NCBI GenBank assembly: GCA_964357605.1
Contig: CAYHLX010000001.1
Coordinates: 5,159-69,158 of the forward strand
Direction: 5' to 3'
Source of the DNA: an uncultured Candidatus Saccharibacteria bacterium
GTDB lineage: Bacteria; Patescibacteriota; Minisyncoccia; Phycocordibacterales; PALSA-1337
DNA: 64,000 bases
Made by a program: the position numbers and the translations under genes
Part shown: piece by piece, positions 46,941 through 56,949 of the stretch
Position numbering within the stretch: position 1 is the first letter of the stretch
Layout: every line of letters starts with the position of its first letter
The notes under the pieces: model-generated
Told to the model about the DNA's origin: nothing
The model's input: the letters and a program-made list of their open reading frames with translations, nothing else
The model's database searches: none

Positions 46941-47510
46941 TTGTATGTTTTGCTATTGCTAAAATTAATTATAGTAATCTATACTGTACCTAACATGGAT
47001 GAAACAGAACCACTATATTTTACAAAATTCAGAGAACATATTGATCACAAACTTGAAACACATGTTCCGAAGTATTTTAAAGATTTTCAAATGCACATTG
47101 ATCAAAAGTTTGAAACACACGTTCCAAAGTACTTTAGGGATTTCCAAATGCACATTGATCAAAGGTTTGAAACATATATACCGAAATACTTCAGAGATTT
47201 TCAAGTACATATCGATAAGAAGATTGAATCAGAGATTAATAGTCTTGCTGTAATGATAAAGGACAACTTTGCTACTAAGGACGATCTAGAAGAAATGAAA
47301 AAAGATATGGTAACTAAAGAAGACATAAAAGATATGGTTACTACATACGATATAAAAGATATGGCAACAAAGGAAGATGTCAGAGAGGCTGTGGCTCCAA
47401 TCTTGAAACACATCGGATCTTATGAAATGCGGGCAAAAAATATAGAAGATATTTTACTTAAAGATCATAAACCCAGGATTGTTGATCTAGAAAAGAAGGT
47501 TTTTGCTTGA
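46941..47510 (+). CDS. Hypothetical protein built from in-frame tandem repeats (20-aa and 9-aa units)
   Basis: 'HIDHKLETHVPKYFKDFQM / HIDQKFETHVPKYFRDFQM / HIDQRFETYIPKYFRDFQV / HIDKKIESE', then 'TKEDIKDMV / TTYDIKDMA / TKEDVREAV'. The start could instead be ATG 46996 (MDETEPLYF). Confidence 0.45.
   Translation: MYVLLLLKLIIVIYTVPNMDETEPLYFTKFREHIDHKLETHVPKYFKDFQMHIDQKFETHVPKYFRDFQMHIDQRFETYIPKYFRDFQVHIDKKIESEINSLAVMIKDNFATKDDLEEMKKDMVTKEDIKDMVTTYDIKDMATKEDVREAVAPILKHIGSYEMRAKNIEDILLKDHKPRIVDLEKKVFA
47035..47240 (+). repeat. About 3.5 tandem copies of a 60-nt coding repeat
   Basis: Read directly: ...cacattgatcaaaagtttgaaacacacgttccaaagtactttagggatttccaaatg... repeated with few substitutions. 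It is inside the CDS and in frame. Confidence 0.7.
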
Positions 47511-47514
47511 GGTA

Positions 47515-50751
<3,237 letters not shown>

Positions 50752-50802
50752 AGGGAAAGTATAGCAAAAAATGGCTCAAGAATGTGGTCAAAATTTTGCT
50801 TG

Positions 50803-50838
50803 ACTTTTGGTTATATTATGTTGTATAATTGAAGTGGT
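50803..50838 (+). promoter_or_regulatory. Candidate sigma70-type promoter of the DGR target gene (TTGACT - 18 nt - TATAAT), followed by about a 140-nt leader
   Basis: ttgacttttggttatattatgttgtataattg, read directly. The long untranslated leader before the GTG 50975 / ATG 50984 start has no recognised motif. Confidence 0.4.
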
Positions 50839-50974
50839 TTTAAAGAGCACTTTTACAAGAGAAGAGACGATCCGCTACAGCGTTGAGAGGCTTAAAACAG
50901 ATAAAACTAGGCAATTCAAAGCTGTGGCGGACCATGTCGGTACGTCATACGGCACATAACAAACACGATGAAAG

Positions 50975-51736
50975 GTGATAACGATGAACACATCGATTAC
51001 ATCGAACCAGACAGAACAAGTAGCAACCTTCACTGCAGATGCCGCCCGCTCCGGCGCCCGAAACGTCATGGAACGAGTCGCGAAGATTGAAGGTGTCTCC
51101 CGAGACAGCCTTCAGGCAAGAGTCATCGAAAAAGGCAACGAGCTGACCAAGTTCGTAAGTCGGGAAGTTGAAGCTCTTCTGGAGAGCAAGCTTCTCGCAA
51201 TGCTGATGATCATGCTCGACCACCTCAAGGTGATCATGGTAGGATCAGTGAAAATTGCGACTATGCCCCGCATGAAAGTTGTTGATTGCCTCAAGCAAGA
51301 CGGCGTGATCATCGGCTGGCGTGATGACGATCTGGATGGCTGGCTCTCGGAATATGTTTCAGCGATGCCTACAGGGACAATCAACTGCATGGAACTTACG
51401 AAGCCCGAAGGCACAACTTTCCGCCAGATGGCTGAAGCGGCCCTAGGCATGGCCGGGGCTAACGACGCAGAGCTGAAAAAAGCTCTTCGTGAACGTGGAA
51501 TGACCTTCCACCTTGAACAAGTTCGGGATCTCATCACGAGAACCGAAGCTAAAGAGGAGACAGGCTTCCATAAGGACGGCAAAGCCAACCTCCTTTTTAT
51601 CGAGGATGAGAATGGGGAAGTCTTTGGGCTCCGCGTCCGTCGGGATGACTGCTGGGGGGTGCGCGTCGACTCCTTTGGCAACGACCGCGAGTGGCTTCAG
51701 GGCCGTCGTTTCTTCTCTCGCAACATGCCTGCGTAA
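50975..51736 (+). CDS. DGR target (variable) protein; C-terminal about 36 aa encoded by the VR
   Basis: The VR occupies the last about 106 nt before the stop. The VR-encoded tail 'VFGLRVRRDDCWGVRVDSFGNDREWLQGRRFFSRN' corresponds to the TR-encoded 'IFGLNVNRNDYWKVNVNSFDNDNEWNQGNRFFSRN' (AAC/Asn-rich, as is usual for DGR templates). GC content is visibly higher than in flanking genes. No signal peptide is evident. An alternative start at ATG 50984 has a GGTG Shine-Dalgarno. Confidence 0.75.
   Translation: MITMNTSITSNQTEQVATFTADAARSGARNVMERVAKIEGVSRDSLQARVIEKGNELTKFVSREVEALLESKLLAMLMIMLDHLKVIMVGSVKIATMPRMKVVDCLKQDGVIIGWRDDDLDGWLSEYVSAMPTGTINCMELTKPEGTTFRQMAEAALGMAGANDAELKKALRERGMTFHLEQVRDLITRTEAKEETGFHKDGKANLLFIEDENGEVFGLRVRRDDCWGVRVDSFGNDREWLQGRRFFSRNMPA
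51619..51724 (+). repeat. DGR variable region (VR)
   Basis: Manual alignment to 52014..52119 gives 85/106 identical. Every one of the 21 differences is VR G/C/T opposite a TR A (g/a, cg/aa, cg/aa, g/a, g/a, g/a, gg/aa, cg/aa, g/a, g/a, cg/aa, ct/aa, cg/aa, c/a). Confidence 0.85.
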
Positions 51737-51742
51737 GCAGGC
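51727..51742 (+). promoter_or_regulatory. GC-rich hairpin immediately 3' of VR (gcctgc GTAA gcaggc), with the TAA stop codon inside the tetraloop
   Basis: Read directly. A 6-bp perfect stem with a 4-nt loop in this position matches the hairpin/cruciform element known to flank VR in DGRs and to promote target recognition. Confidence 0.5.
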
Positions 51743-51779
51743 AAGGTTTAGATCCTTGGGTCTTTGGACACTTGGATTC

Positions 51780-51812
51780 AAAGGGGCGTTCGCAAGAATG
51801 CCCCTTTCTGCT
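51780..51812 (+). terminator. Rho-independent terminator of the target gene
   Basis: aaggggcgttcgcaagaatgcccctttctgc: stem aggggc/gcccct followed by a T-rich tract. Confidence 0.5.
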
Positions 51813-52013
51813 ATACTCAAAAAGGCTTTGTTGACATTTCCGTTCACTAAATAGTGGATTGAGGTGACAAAGTCTTTTTCAATCGTTTTATTTTGTTGAA
51901 AAATAAAAAAAGAAAAAAGTTGGTACATGAAACTGGTGAGTGATAGGACTCAAAATAATATACAATCTGGAGACAACCTCAACAGACAGTGACATGGAAG
52001 GTTTTGTGTACAT

Positions 52014-52119
52014 AATCTTTGGGCTCAACGTCAATCGGAATGACTACTGGAAGGTGAACGTCAACTCCTTTGACAACGACAACGAGTGGAATCAGGGCAA
52101 TCGTTTCTTCTCTCGAAAC
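52014..52119 (+). repeat. DGR template region (TR)
   Basis: Adenine-rich cognate of the VR (see the VR feature). It lies in non-coding context between the target gene and the avd/RT genes. Confidence 0.85.
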
Positions 52120-52128
52120 TGTTTCTTT

Positions 52129-52148
52129 CTCCCGCATCAGAGCGGGAG
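52129..52148 (+). promoter_or_regulatory. Hairpin 10 nt downstream of TR (ctcccgc atcaga gcgggag) followed by ttttctttc
   Basis: Perfect 7-bp stem, read directly. It is a plus-strand terminator-like or structured 'spacer' element of the TR RNA, and it overlaps the 3' end of the antisense avd ORF. Confidence 0.4.
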
Positions 52149-52436
52149 TTTTCTTTCTAGAGGAAGGTTTTGTAGTTCCTTATGCCATCCACCGATCATT
52201 TTTCCTGGTTCAATTAAAGTCTTTGAAAGAGCTATGTATCTTTTGTCATCAAGTACTTTTATTTCCCAAGCTACATTTAGGAAAATTTTTAAACAATCTA
52301 GTTTGGTTACTGCTTTCTTTAAATGCGGCATTTTTTCCGTTCTGGGGCTCAAGGCACTCAGACTCAGATTTTCTATAAGTTCTATGAAAAGTGAGTCTAT
52401 TTTTCCGGCAATGGTGTGTCTTTTGGATTTTGGCAT
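52137..52436 (-). CDS. avd: Avd-like accessory variability determinant (four-helix-bundle protein); true start probably upstream at 52524 but out of frame because of a G10 tract
   Basis: The C-terminal 'KLDCLKIFLNVAWEIKVLDDKRYIALSKTLIEPGKMIGGWHKEL' matches the conserved ...L...lgyl.eeey..l...ieeigkmLngli of Avd / 23S-IVS four-helix-bundle proteins. 'MPKSKRHTIAGKIDSLFIELIENL' aligns to the FPKEEKYgLtsQlRRAavSIpaNIAEG helix. The in-frame upstream sequence 'AHSLPVLLKLISSYKLWQQYFDS' supplies helix 1 but has no start codon. An ATG-ATG (52524/52521) sits in the -1 frame just across a G10 run. Confidence 0.6.
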   Translation of the reverse strand: MPKSKRHTIAGKIDSLFIELIENLSLSALSPRTEKMPHLKKAVTKLDCLKIFLNVAWEIKVLDDKRYIALSKTLIEPGKMIGGWHKELQNLPLERKLPL

Positions 52437-52505
52437 GCTATCAAAATACTGTTGCCAAAGTTTATAACTTGAGATTAACTTTAATAAAACTGGTAAGCTG
52501 TGTGC

Positions 52506-52515
52506 GGGGGGGGGG
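52506..52515. repeat. G10 (C10 on the avd strand) homopolymer in the 31-nt divergent intergenic/5' region between avd and the RT
   Basis: Read directly: tgtgc gggggggggg tgaca. This is an exceptional run in a roughly 40% GC genome. With 9 G the avd ORF would start MMSPPPAHSLPV... and be 128 aa. Confidence 0.9.
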
Positions 52516-52555
52516 TGACATCATAGGTTTTAGGTTATCATAATAAGGTTTATAT

Positions 52556-53548
52556 ATGAAGACATATGTTGATATTATTTCTACAAACAATTTACTCAAA
52601 GTTTGGAAAGAATTTTTACGTGGAAAGAAAAAACGTAAGGATGTGAATGTATTTTCACTGCATCTTATGGACAATATCTTTAGGCTTCATAAAGATATGA
52701 AAAATAAAGAATATAAACATGATGAATATGAAGCATTTGGTATTTCTGATCCAAAGCCTCGCAAGATTCACAAGGCTACAGTCAGAGATCGCCTAGTTCA
52801 CCATGTCTTGTATGAAGCCTTATCCCCACAGTTCAATCAAAGATTTATTTCTGATTCATATTCTTGTCGTCTCAATAAAGGGATGCACCGCGCCCTCGCA
52901 AGATTTAAAATATATTCAGGAAAGGTGAGTAAAAACAATACCAAAACATGCTGGATTTTGAAATGTGATATTAGAAAATTCTTTGCTTCTATTGATCAAT
53001 CTATTCTCACATCCATTCTTGAAAAATATATTTCTGATAAAGACATTCTTTGGCTGCTGTCTAATGTCATACATAGTTTCCATAGTACTGCTCCAGGAAA
53101 AGGACTACCTCTGGGTAATCTGACCTCACAATTGTTGGTCAATATTTACATGAACGAATTTGATCAATTTGTAAAACATAAACTCAAAATAAAATGCTAT
53201 ATTCGTTATGCCGATGATTTTGTTGTTTTTGATTCTTGCAAAAGTAATTTGGAAAATCTTATAATTATTTTCAGGGAATTTCTAAAAGAAAATCTAAAGC
53301 TTGACCTGCATCCCAATAAAGTTTTCATAAAAACTCTAGCATCAGGTGTTGATTTTCTCGGCTGGGTTCATTTTCCTAACCACCGAGTGTTGCGTACAGT
53401 TACAAAAAAGAGAATGATGAAGAAAATAAAATCAGGTTTTCGGCCAGAAGTCATAGCTTCGTATATTGGTATGCTTGAACATGGAGATGCTTATACCTTG
53501 CGAAAGAATATAGAAAATCTTCCAGAAATCGAGATAAAGCCGAAATAA
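52556..53548 (+). CDS. DGR-type reverse transcriptase
   Basis: 'GLPLGNLTSQLLVNIYMNEFD' is the DGR-specific motif 4 (I/LGxxxSQ). 'IRYADDFVVF' is YxDD motif 5. 'ISDPKPRKIHKATVRDRLVHHVLYEAL' covers motifs 1-2. The compact 330-aa size and the absence of maturase/endonuclease or intron RNA features fit a DGR RT. Confidence 0.85.
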   Translation: MKTYVDIISTNNLLKVWKEFLRGKKKRKDVNVFSLHLMDNIFRLHKDMKNKEYKHDEYEAFGISDPKPRKIHKATVRDRLVHHVLYEALSPQFNQRFISDSYSCRLNKGMHRALARFKIYSGKVSKNNTKTCWILKCDIRKFFASIDQSILTSILEKYISDKDILWLLSNVIHSFHSTAPGKGLPLGNLTSQLLVNIYMNEFDQFVKHKLKIKCYIRYADDFVVFDSCKSNLENLIIIFREFLKENLKLDLHPNKVFIKTLASGVDFLGWVHFPNHRVLRTVTKKRMMKKIKSGFRPEVIASYIGMLEHGDAYTLRKNIENLPEIEIKPK

Positions 53549-53602
53549 AGTTTTTGTGAAATTGGCTATTGCTTTTAACGGGGTAGTTGGGATAATTGGG
53601 GG

Positions 53603-54427
53603 ATGGGAAATGAAAGTATCAAACTAGCACTCTTTCAGAAGAAGGGGATAAGAAGGACAATTCATGAGAATGAGTGGTATTTTGTTATTGCGGATGTTAT
53701 TGAGGTTCTTACAGATTCCATCAATCCAAAACAATACTTAAAAAATCTTCTGAACAGAGATGAGGAACTTGTAAAAGGGTGGGTTCAAATTGAACACCCC
53801 CTTTCAATAGATACTGCAGGAGGGCCACAGAAAATGCTTTGTGCTAACACCGAAGGTATTTTTCGCATAGTCCAATCAATTCCTTCTCCCAAAGCAGAAC
53901 CATTTAAAAGATGGTTGGCAAAAGTAGGTTATGAAAGAATACAGGAAATAGAAAATCCAGAGCTAGCTACTAAACGAACGAGAATATTATATAAATTGAA
54001 AGGATATCCTGATGATTGGATTGAAAAAAGAATGCGAGGTATTGCTATCAGAGAAGAATTAACTGATGAATGGAAAAATAGAGGGGCGAGGGAGAAAAAA
54101 GATTATGAAATACTGACGACAGAAATTTCAAAAGCGACTTTTGGTGTTACTCCAGAAGAATATAAAAAGTTAAAGGGTTTAGAAAGAGAAAATCTAAGGG
54201 ATCATATGAATGATTTTGAACTTATCTTTACTATGCTTGGAGAACGTTCAACGACCGAAATTCACAGAACCGAAAATTCAAAAGGAGTATCAAAACTAAA
54301 ATCAGATGCAAAAGTTGGTGGTGAAATAGCGGGAGACGCTAGAAAGAGACTTGAAAAGAGGCTCAAGAAATCTCTGGTCTCAGAAAAGAATTTCAAAGAT
54401 CTTAATGAAAAAAGACTTAAAAAATAA
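53603..54427 (+). CDS. DinD-like DNA-damage-inducible protein (Bro-N domain + DinD C-terminal region)
   Basis: N-terminal 'IRRTIHENEWYFVIADVIEVL...NPKQYLKNL' follows the Bro-N pattern (..ir....ge.wFva.Dva..L). The central/C-terminal 'EELTDEWKNRGA...FGVTPEEYKKLKGLERENLRDHMNDFELIFTMLGERSTTEI' resembles E. coli DinD. It overlaps the rnhB start by 23 nt. Confidence 0.6.
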   Translation: MGNESIKLALFQKKGIRRTIHENEWYFVIADVIEVLTDSINPKQYLKNLLNRDEELVKGWVQIEHPLSIDTAGGPQKMLCANTEGIFRIVQSIPSPKAEPFKRWLAKVGYERIQEIENPELATKRTRILYKLKGYPDDWIEKRMRGIAIREELTDEWKNRGAREKKDYEILTTEISKATFGVTPEEYKKLKGLERENLRDHMNDFELIFTMLGERSTTEIHRTENSKGVSKLKSDAKVGGEIAGDARKRLEKRLKKSLVSEKNFKDLNEKRLKK

Positions 54428-55010
54428 GTATTTAATCGGCATCGACGAAGTTGGCCGAGGGCCGATTGCTGGACCTGTTGCTGTTTGTGCTTTTGTATTT
54501 CTTAAGCTGGAATCTAGAAAGCTTTTTCGAGGTGTGAAAGAGTCGAAGCAATTAACGGAAGAAAAAAGGGAAGAGTGGTTTGTTAAAATCCTTGAAGCTC
54601 GAAAGAAACGCCTCATAAATTTTTGCGTGTCATTCCAAAGTGAAAAAGTCATAGATAAAAAAGGAATTTCTTTCGCCATTAAAAAATGTTTAGAGACTTC
54701 CTTAAAAAAGTTGGCCATTAATCCTTCCTCAGCTCTCATTTTACTCGATGGTAGTCTCAAAGCTCCTTCACAATACAAAAATCAAAAAACCATCATCAAG
54801 GGTGATGTCAAAGAGCAGGTTATTGCCCTAGCTTCTATTTGTGCCAAGGTACTTCGTGATAGGAAGATGCGAAAACTGGCCAAAAAGTATCCAAAATACG
54901 GTTTTGATGTCCATAAAGGTTATGGCACGAAGAGGCATTATCAAGCCATTGAGCTAACTGGTCTTTGTCTGCTCCATAGAAGGAGTTTCTTGCAAAAAAG
55001 ACCTGTATAA
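54405..55010 (+). CDS. rnhB: Ribonuclease HII
   Basis: 'LIGIDEVGRGPIAGPVAVCAFVF', 'LLDGSLKAP' and 'SIAKVLRDRKM'. Start set to ATG 54405. Confidence 0.9.
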   Translation: MKKDLKNKYLIGIDEVGRGPIAGPVAVCAFVFLKLESRKLFRGVKESKQLTEEKREEWFVKILEARKKRLINFCVSFQSEKVIDKKGISFAIKKCLETSLKKLAINPSSALILLDGSLKAPSQYKNQKTIIKGDVKEQVIALASICAKVLRDRKMRKLAKKYPKYGFDVHKGYGTKRHYQAIELTGLCLLHRRSFLQKRPV

Positions 55011-55026
55011 GCTAAGATAGCCCTAT

Positions 55027-55260
55027 ATGGTAAATCGAATGAGAGCTACTCGGGCTCACCGAGATAATAGACGCTCACATCACGCCCTGGATGATGTGCG
55101 TCTTTCTAAGTGTTCAAACTGCAGTGCGATGCATCTCCGTCACACTCTTTGTACTTCCTGCGGATTTTATAGAGGAAAGAAAATCTTAGACATGACCGCT
55201 TTGGTGGCCAAAAAGGCAGCCAAGACCAAGGCCCGGCAAGCAGAAGCCTCAAAAAAATAA
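55027..55260 (+). CDS. rpmF: 50S ribosomal protein L32
   Basis: 'RATRAHRDNRRSHHAL' and a Cys4 zinc ribbon 'CSNCSAMHLRHTLCTSCGFYRGKKI'. Confidence 0.8.
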   Translation: MVNRMRATRAHRDNRRSHHALDDVRLSKCSNCSAMHLRHTLCTSCGFYRGKKILDMTALVAKKAAKTKARQAEASKK

Positions 55261-55305
55261 TCTCAAAAGTTTCCAAGTTAGAACCAGCTCCTTTACAAAA
55301 AACAT

Positions 55306-56202
55306 ATGGCCAATAGACACCTCTCAAGATCAGTCGTCCTCCAATCACTCTTTGAGTGGGACTTTCGTGGACAGAAGGATAAAGAGGCCAAAGACATTAT
55401 TATTCGTAATGCTAAAGAGTTTGCTACGGGCATGGGAGATATTTCTTTTATAGAAGATCTCATGCTCAATGTTTTATCTAAAAAACCGGAACTAGACAAA
55501 ATTATTACCAAAGCGGCCCCAGATTGGCCCTTAGAAAAGATCTCTGTTATAGACAGAAATGTTTTGCGTATGGGCTTATATGAGCTTCTTTTTGCTGATC
55601 GAGAAGAAGTACCAGCTAAGGTGGCGATAAATGAGGCGATAGAGCTAGCCAAGGCTTTTGGTGGAGAGAATAGCGGTAAGTTTGTAAACGGCGTTCTAGG
55701 CTCTGTTTACAAGGAATTGGGTGAGCCTGGCAAAGACTCTTCCCCAAAAAAGAAGAAGAAAATTGAGGATATTCCATACGAGGACATGCCTATTCAGAAT
55801 CTCGGTGGGGCGGTGGTTTATGCAAAAAAAGAAAAAGAGATTTATCTAGCTTTTGTTCATGATATTTTTGGACACTGGACTCTTTCCAAAGGCAAACTTG
55901 AGGGTACGGAAGATGTGAGAAGTGGAACGGTTCGAGAGATCAAAGAAGAGATGGGTTTGGATATAGAGATAGAGCAGGATCTAGGGATGAATGAATATAT
56001 TGCTAATGATCCGGAGAAGGGTAAGATCAGAAAACAAGTCCACTATTTTCTGGCTCAGGCAAAATTTGACACCATCAAGCTCGGTCCGAGCGGAGGTTTG
56101 GATGATGCTAAATGGTTTAAGTTAGCAGACATTCTTGAACTTAATTTTTATAATGATATAGTGCCGATTGTGACGAAGTCGGTTATGCTTTTGAGTAAAT
56201 AA
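55306..56202 (+). CDS. nusB: NusB antitermination factor fused to a C-terminal NUDIX hydrolase domain
   Basis: N-terminal about 140 aa 'RSVVLQSLFEWDF...RNVLRMGLYELLFADREEVPAKVAINEAIELAKAFGGENSGKFVNGVLGSV' is NusB. C-terminal 'GKLEGTEDVRSGTVREIKEEMGL' is a complete Nudix box GX5EX7REUXEEXGU. Confidence 0.8.
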   Translation: MANRHLSRSVVLQSLFEWDFRGQKDKEAKDIIIRNAKEFATGMGDISFIEDLMLNVLSKKPELDKIITKAAPDWPLEKISVIDRNVLRMGLYELLFADREEVPAKVAINEAIELAKAFGGENSGKFVNGVLGSVYKELGEPGKDSSPKKKKKIEDIPYEDMPIQNLGGAVVYAKKEKEIYLAFVHDIFGHWTLSKGKLEGTEDVRSGTVREIKEEMGLDIEIEQDLGMNEYIANDPEKGKIRKQVHYFLAQAKFDTIKLGPSGGLDDAKWFKLADILELNFYNDIVPIVTKSVMLLSK

Positions 56203-56211
56203 TTTTTTAAT

Positions 56212-56907
56212 ATGCCAGATTTTTTAAAATTTTCAGAAAAGATGGGGATAGAGTTCAATGATCTCAATCTTCTAAAAAAAGCTTGTACCCACAGGTCTTT
56301 TCTCAATGAGAACAAAGGGGCGGGATTGGAGCATAATGAACGTTTGGAATTTCTCGGTGATGCCGTTCTGGAGCTGGTGGTAACTAGCTATCTTTTTAGA
56401 AAATATTCTGACAAAAATGAAGGGGATCTGACTTCGTACAGATCGGCTCTAGTGAATACTCATAGTCTAGCGCGAGTAGCCACTGTTCTCGGTGTAAACG
56501 ACTACTTGCTTTTGTCAAAAGGTGAATCAAAAGATACTGGTCGGGCCCGATCTATCATCATGGCTGATTCTATAGAAGCTATCATCGGGGCCGTTTACCT
56601 TGATCAAGGATACAACGCCGCCGCCAATTTTATTTCCAAAAATCTTCTGGAGGTGATTGATATCGATGAGATCGTGGAGAAAAAACTTTGGTTGGATGCT
56701 AAAAGTCGTTTTCAAGAACGGGCTCAAGAGGAGACAGGTCAGACTCCCTCATACAAAACTCTCAAAGAAGTTGGGCCAGATCACAGCAAAGAATTTACTC
56801 TAGGGGTTTTTATTGGCGATACCCAAGTCGCTCTAGGTACGGGTTTATCTAAACAAGAAGCGGAACAAAAAGCTGCAGAAAAAGCTCTAGAGGTGAAGGG
56901 CTGGTAG
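56212..56907 (+). CDS. rnc: Ribonuclease III
   Basis: 'ERLEFLGDAVLELVVTSYLF' is the RNase III signature. 'ADSIEAIIGAVYLD'. C-terminal dsRBD 'PSYKTLKEVGPDHSKEFTLGVFIGDTQVALGTGLSKQEAEQKAAEKALE'. Confidence 0.9.
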   Translation: MPDFLKFSEKMGIEFNDLNLLKKACTHRSFLNENKGAGLEHNERLEFLGDAVLELVVTSYLFRKYSDKNEGDLTSYRSALVNTHSLARVATVLGVNDYLLLSKGESKDTGRARSIIMADSIEAIIGAVYLDQGYNAAANFISKNLLEVIDIDEIVEKKLWLDAKSRFQERAQEETGQTPSYKTLKEVGPDHSKEFTLGVFIGDTQVALGTGLSKQEAEQKAAEKALEVKGW

Positions 56908-56949
56908 TTGTTTGACTAAGTGTTGTTTGGGGAGTAGTATTTATTTTGA

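Larger units (their letters stand above)
50975..53548 (+). mobile_element. Diversity-generating retroelement (DGR) cassette: target gene with VR - hairpin - TR - antisense avd - RT
   Basis: A VR/TR pair of 106 nt shows 21 mismatches, all at TR adenines. There is a DGR-type RT (IGNLTSQ + YADD) and an Avd-like four-helix-bundle ORF. See the individual features. Confidence 0.8.

Noticed and set aside
47035-47240. 60-nt tandem repeats as a possible CRISPR array
   Set aside because: The repeats are contiguous without spacers, in frame, and inside a CDS. No cas genes are present.
51940-52467. Plus-strand ORFs 51940..52467 and 52070..52378 across the TR
   Set aside because: They run through the template repeat and antisense to the Avd-like ORF. 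The TR is expected to be non-coding; the Asn-rich translation is just the TR read in the VR frame.
52462-52674. Minus ORF 52462..52674 (70 aa) overlapping the RT start
   Set aside because: It is antisense to the RT N-terminus. Only its last 6 codons (MMSPPP) are meaningful, as the probable frameshifted avd start.
52556-53548. Possibility that the RT is a group II intron or retron RT
   Set aside because: There is no maturase/X or endonuclease domain and no intron domain V/VI-like structure nearby. It has the IGNLTSQ motif plus an adjacent A-mutagenised repeat pair, which identify a DGR.
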